From: Escherichia phage AV123
DNA: 64,000 bases
Sequence record: OR352953.1
Reading direction: 5' to 3' (one strand)
The notes below the pieces were generated by a model. It saw only the letters and a program-made list of their open reading frames with translations. It was not told where the DNA came from and did no database searches. The translations under genes and the position numbers were made by a program. Position 1 is the stretch's first letter. Each line of letters starts with the position of its first letter. This document shows, one piece after another, positions 63,323 to 64,000 of this stretch.

Positions 63323-64000
63323 TTAAATTCCAATAACAGTGTTTACACGCTTCTCTTTGCTACGCAAATTAACACGTCCACGAGACAGGCTATTACATGA
63401 TGTGCATCTTAGCACTTGGAATGTACTAACCGCTGTTGTGTAAACCTTACCAGGAACAACTTCAAGGTGCTCTTTACCGCAACGAGGACAACGAAGTTTT
63501 TCATCGTCATAGAATGCAGATACGTTAGGATGTTGTGGAATCCATGCACGAAGTTTGATGTAAAGATCTCTAAGAGAAACAACATCACCATCATTGTATG
63601 TTTGCATACGGAAGAAGGCATGTCTATCTCCTTCACAACATGCTTTCCACAAAGGAAAACCTTCATTGTCAAGTTTAAAGTTTTCTGTATCAAAATACAA
63701 ACACATTTCTTTAAGCGCATTAGAAGGTAGTGCAAACTGCTTCTTAGCTGCCTTGAGTGTATCAATTACAACATAATGTGATGGTGGCTCCATACCGTGA
63801 AAAGCAAAACGTTGGTTAATATAAGCCTTATCAAACTTAATACCGTTGTGCGCGATCACAATATCTGCATCGTCAAGCAAGTGCCAGAGATCTTGACATA
63901 ATTCCCAATCATCTGTATGATCTATGTCAAACAAAGGGTAATTGCTAAGGTTCTTACCTTCTACTTCCCCTGTTTCTAAATCAGCAGATGAATAGGAAAG
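63323..64000 (-). CDS. DnaQ-like (DEDD) 3'-5' exonuclease with C-terminal zinc ribbon, partial (N-terminus beyond window end)
   Basis: frame open to window edge; ADLETG (Exo I) near edge, HNGIKFDKAYI (Exo II), C-terminal CPRCG...CTSCN. Confidence 0.6.
   Translation of the reverse strand, partial: LSYSSADLETGEVEGKNLSNYPLFDIDHTDDWELCQDLWHLLDDADIVIAHNGIKFDKAYINQRFAFHGMEPPSHYVVIDTLKAAKKQFALPSNALKEMCLYFDTENFKLDNEGFPLWKACCEGDRHAFFRMQTYNDGDVVSLRDLYIKLRAWIPQHPNVSAFYDDEKLRCPRCGKEHLEVVPGKVYTTAVSTFQVLRCTSCNSLSRGRVNLRSKEKRVNTVIGI

Noticed and set aside
1-64000. tRNA, tmRNA or rRNA genes
   Set aside because: No cloverleaf-compatible sequence with a GTTCGAATC-type T-arm was seen in intergenic regions by eye; a tRNAscan-type search was not possible, so absence is provisional.

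Overview
This 64 kb window reads as part of a large virulent dsDNA phage of a Gram-negative (probably enterobacterial) host: it is AT-rich and gene-dense, with sigma70-like promoters and short ORFs carrying Shine-Dalgarno sites. All calls are from reading the sequence and motif recall; no database search was run. Layout: (1) minus-strand block 1-8862, including a UvrD-like helicase, a DUF4326 protein, and an aaRS-like/GatB-YqeY/MazG-like trio; (2) plus-strand block 8981-13961 ending in an AAA ATPase, a Zn-ribbon/T5orf172-like protein and a NADAR-domain protein; (3) a 1.3 kb non-coding hub 13962-15246 with three ~65 bp tandem repeats, a cluster of Fur-box-like palindromes and a GC-rich island; (4) plus-strand early block 15247-25074 of about 30 small ORFs, most preceded by a repeated cassette of consensus promoter plus 5'-leader stem-loop (GGCGGGAAATGGTTTCCCGCC); (5) a 1.7 kb non-coding hub 25075-26757 with inverted repeats, Fur-box-like sites and G-rich motifs; (6) plus-strand block 26815-38475 of small ORFs containing duplicated paralogous gene modules; (7) minus-strand block 38651-64000 with Sir2-like, two orphan DNA methyltransferases, lambda-type phosphatase, serine recombinase, HslV-like peptidase, PhoH, T4-type lysozyme, glutaredoxin, a complete rmlDCAB dTDP-rhamnose operon, nrdAB, thyX, a HAD-type deoxynucleotidase, thymidine kinase, an HNH endonuclease and a DnaQ-like exonuclease running off the window edge. 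No tRNA, rRNA or CRISPR array was found. The ORF track uses TTG/GTG as starts and often over-extends N-termini; starts were re-set to the RBS-supported ATG where this was checked by hand. The most interesting candidates are the phage-borne rml operon embedded in the nucleotide-metabolism cluster, the promoter/stem-loop cassettes, the Fur-like palindrome clusters in both non-coding hubs, and the set of NAD/ADP-ribose-related genes (NADAR, DUF4326, Sir2).
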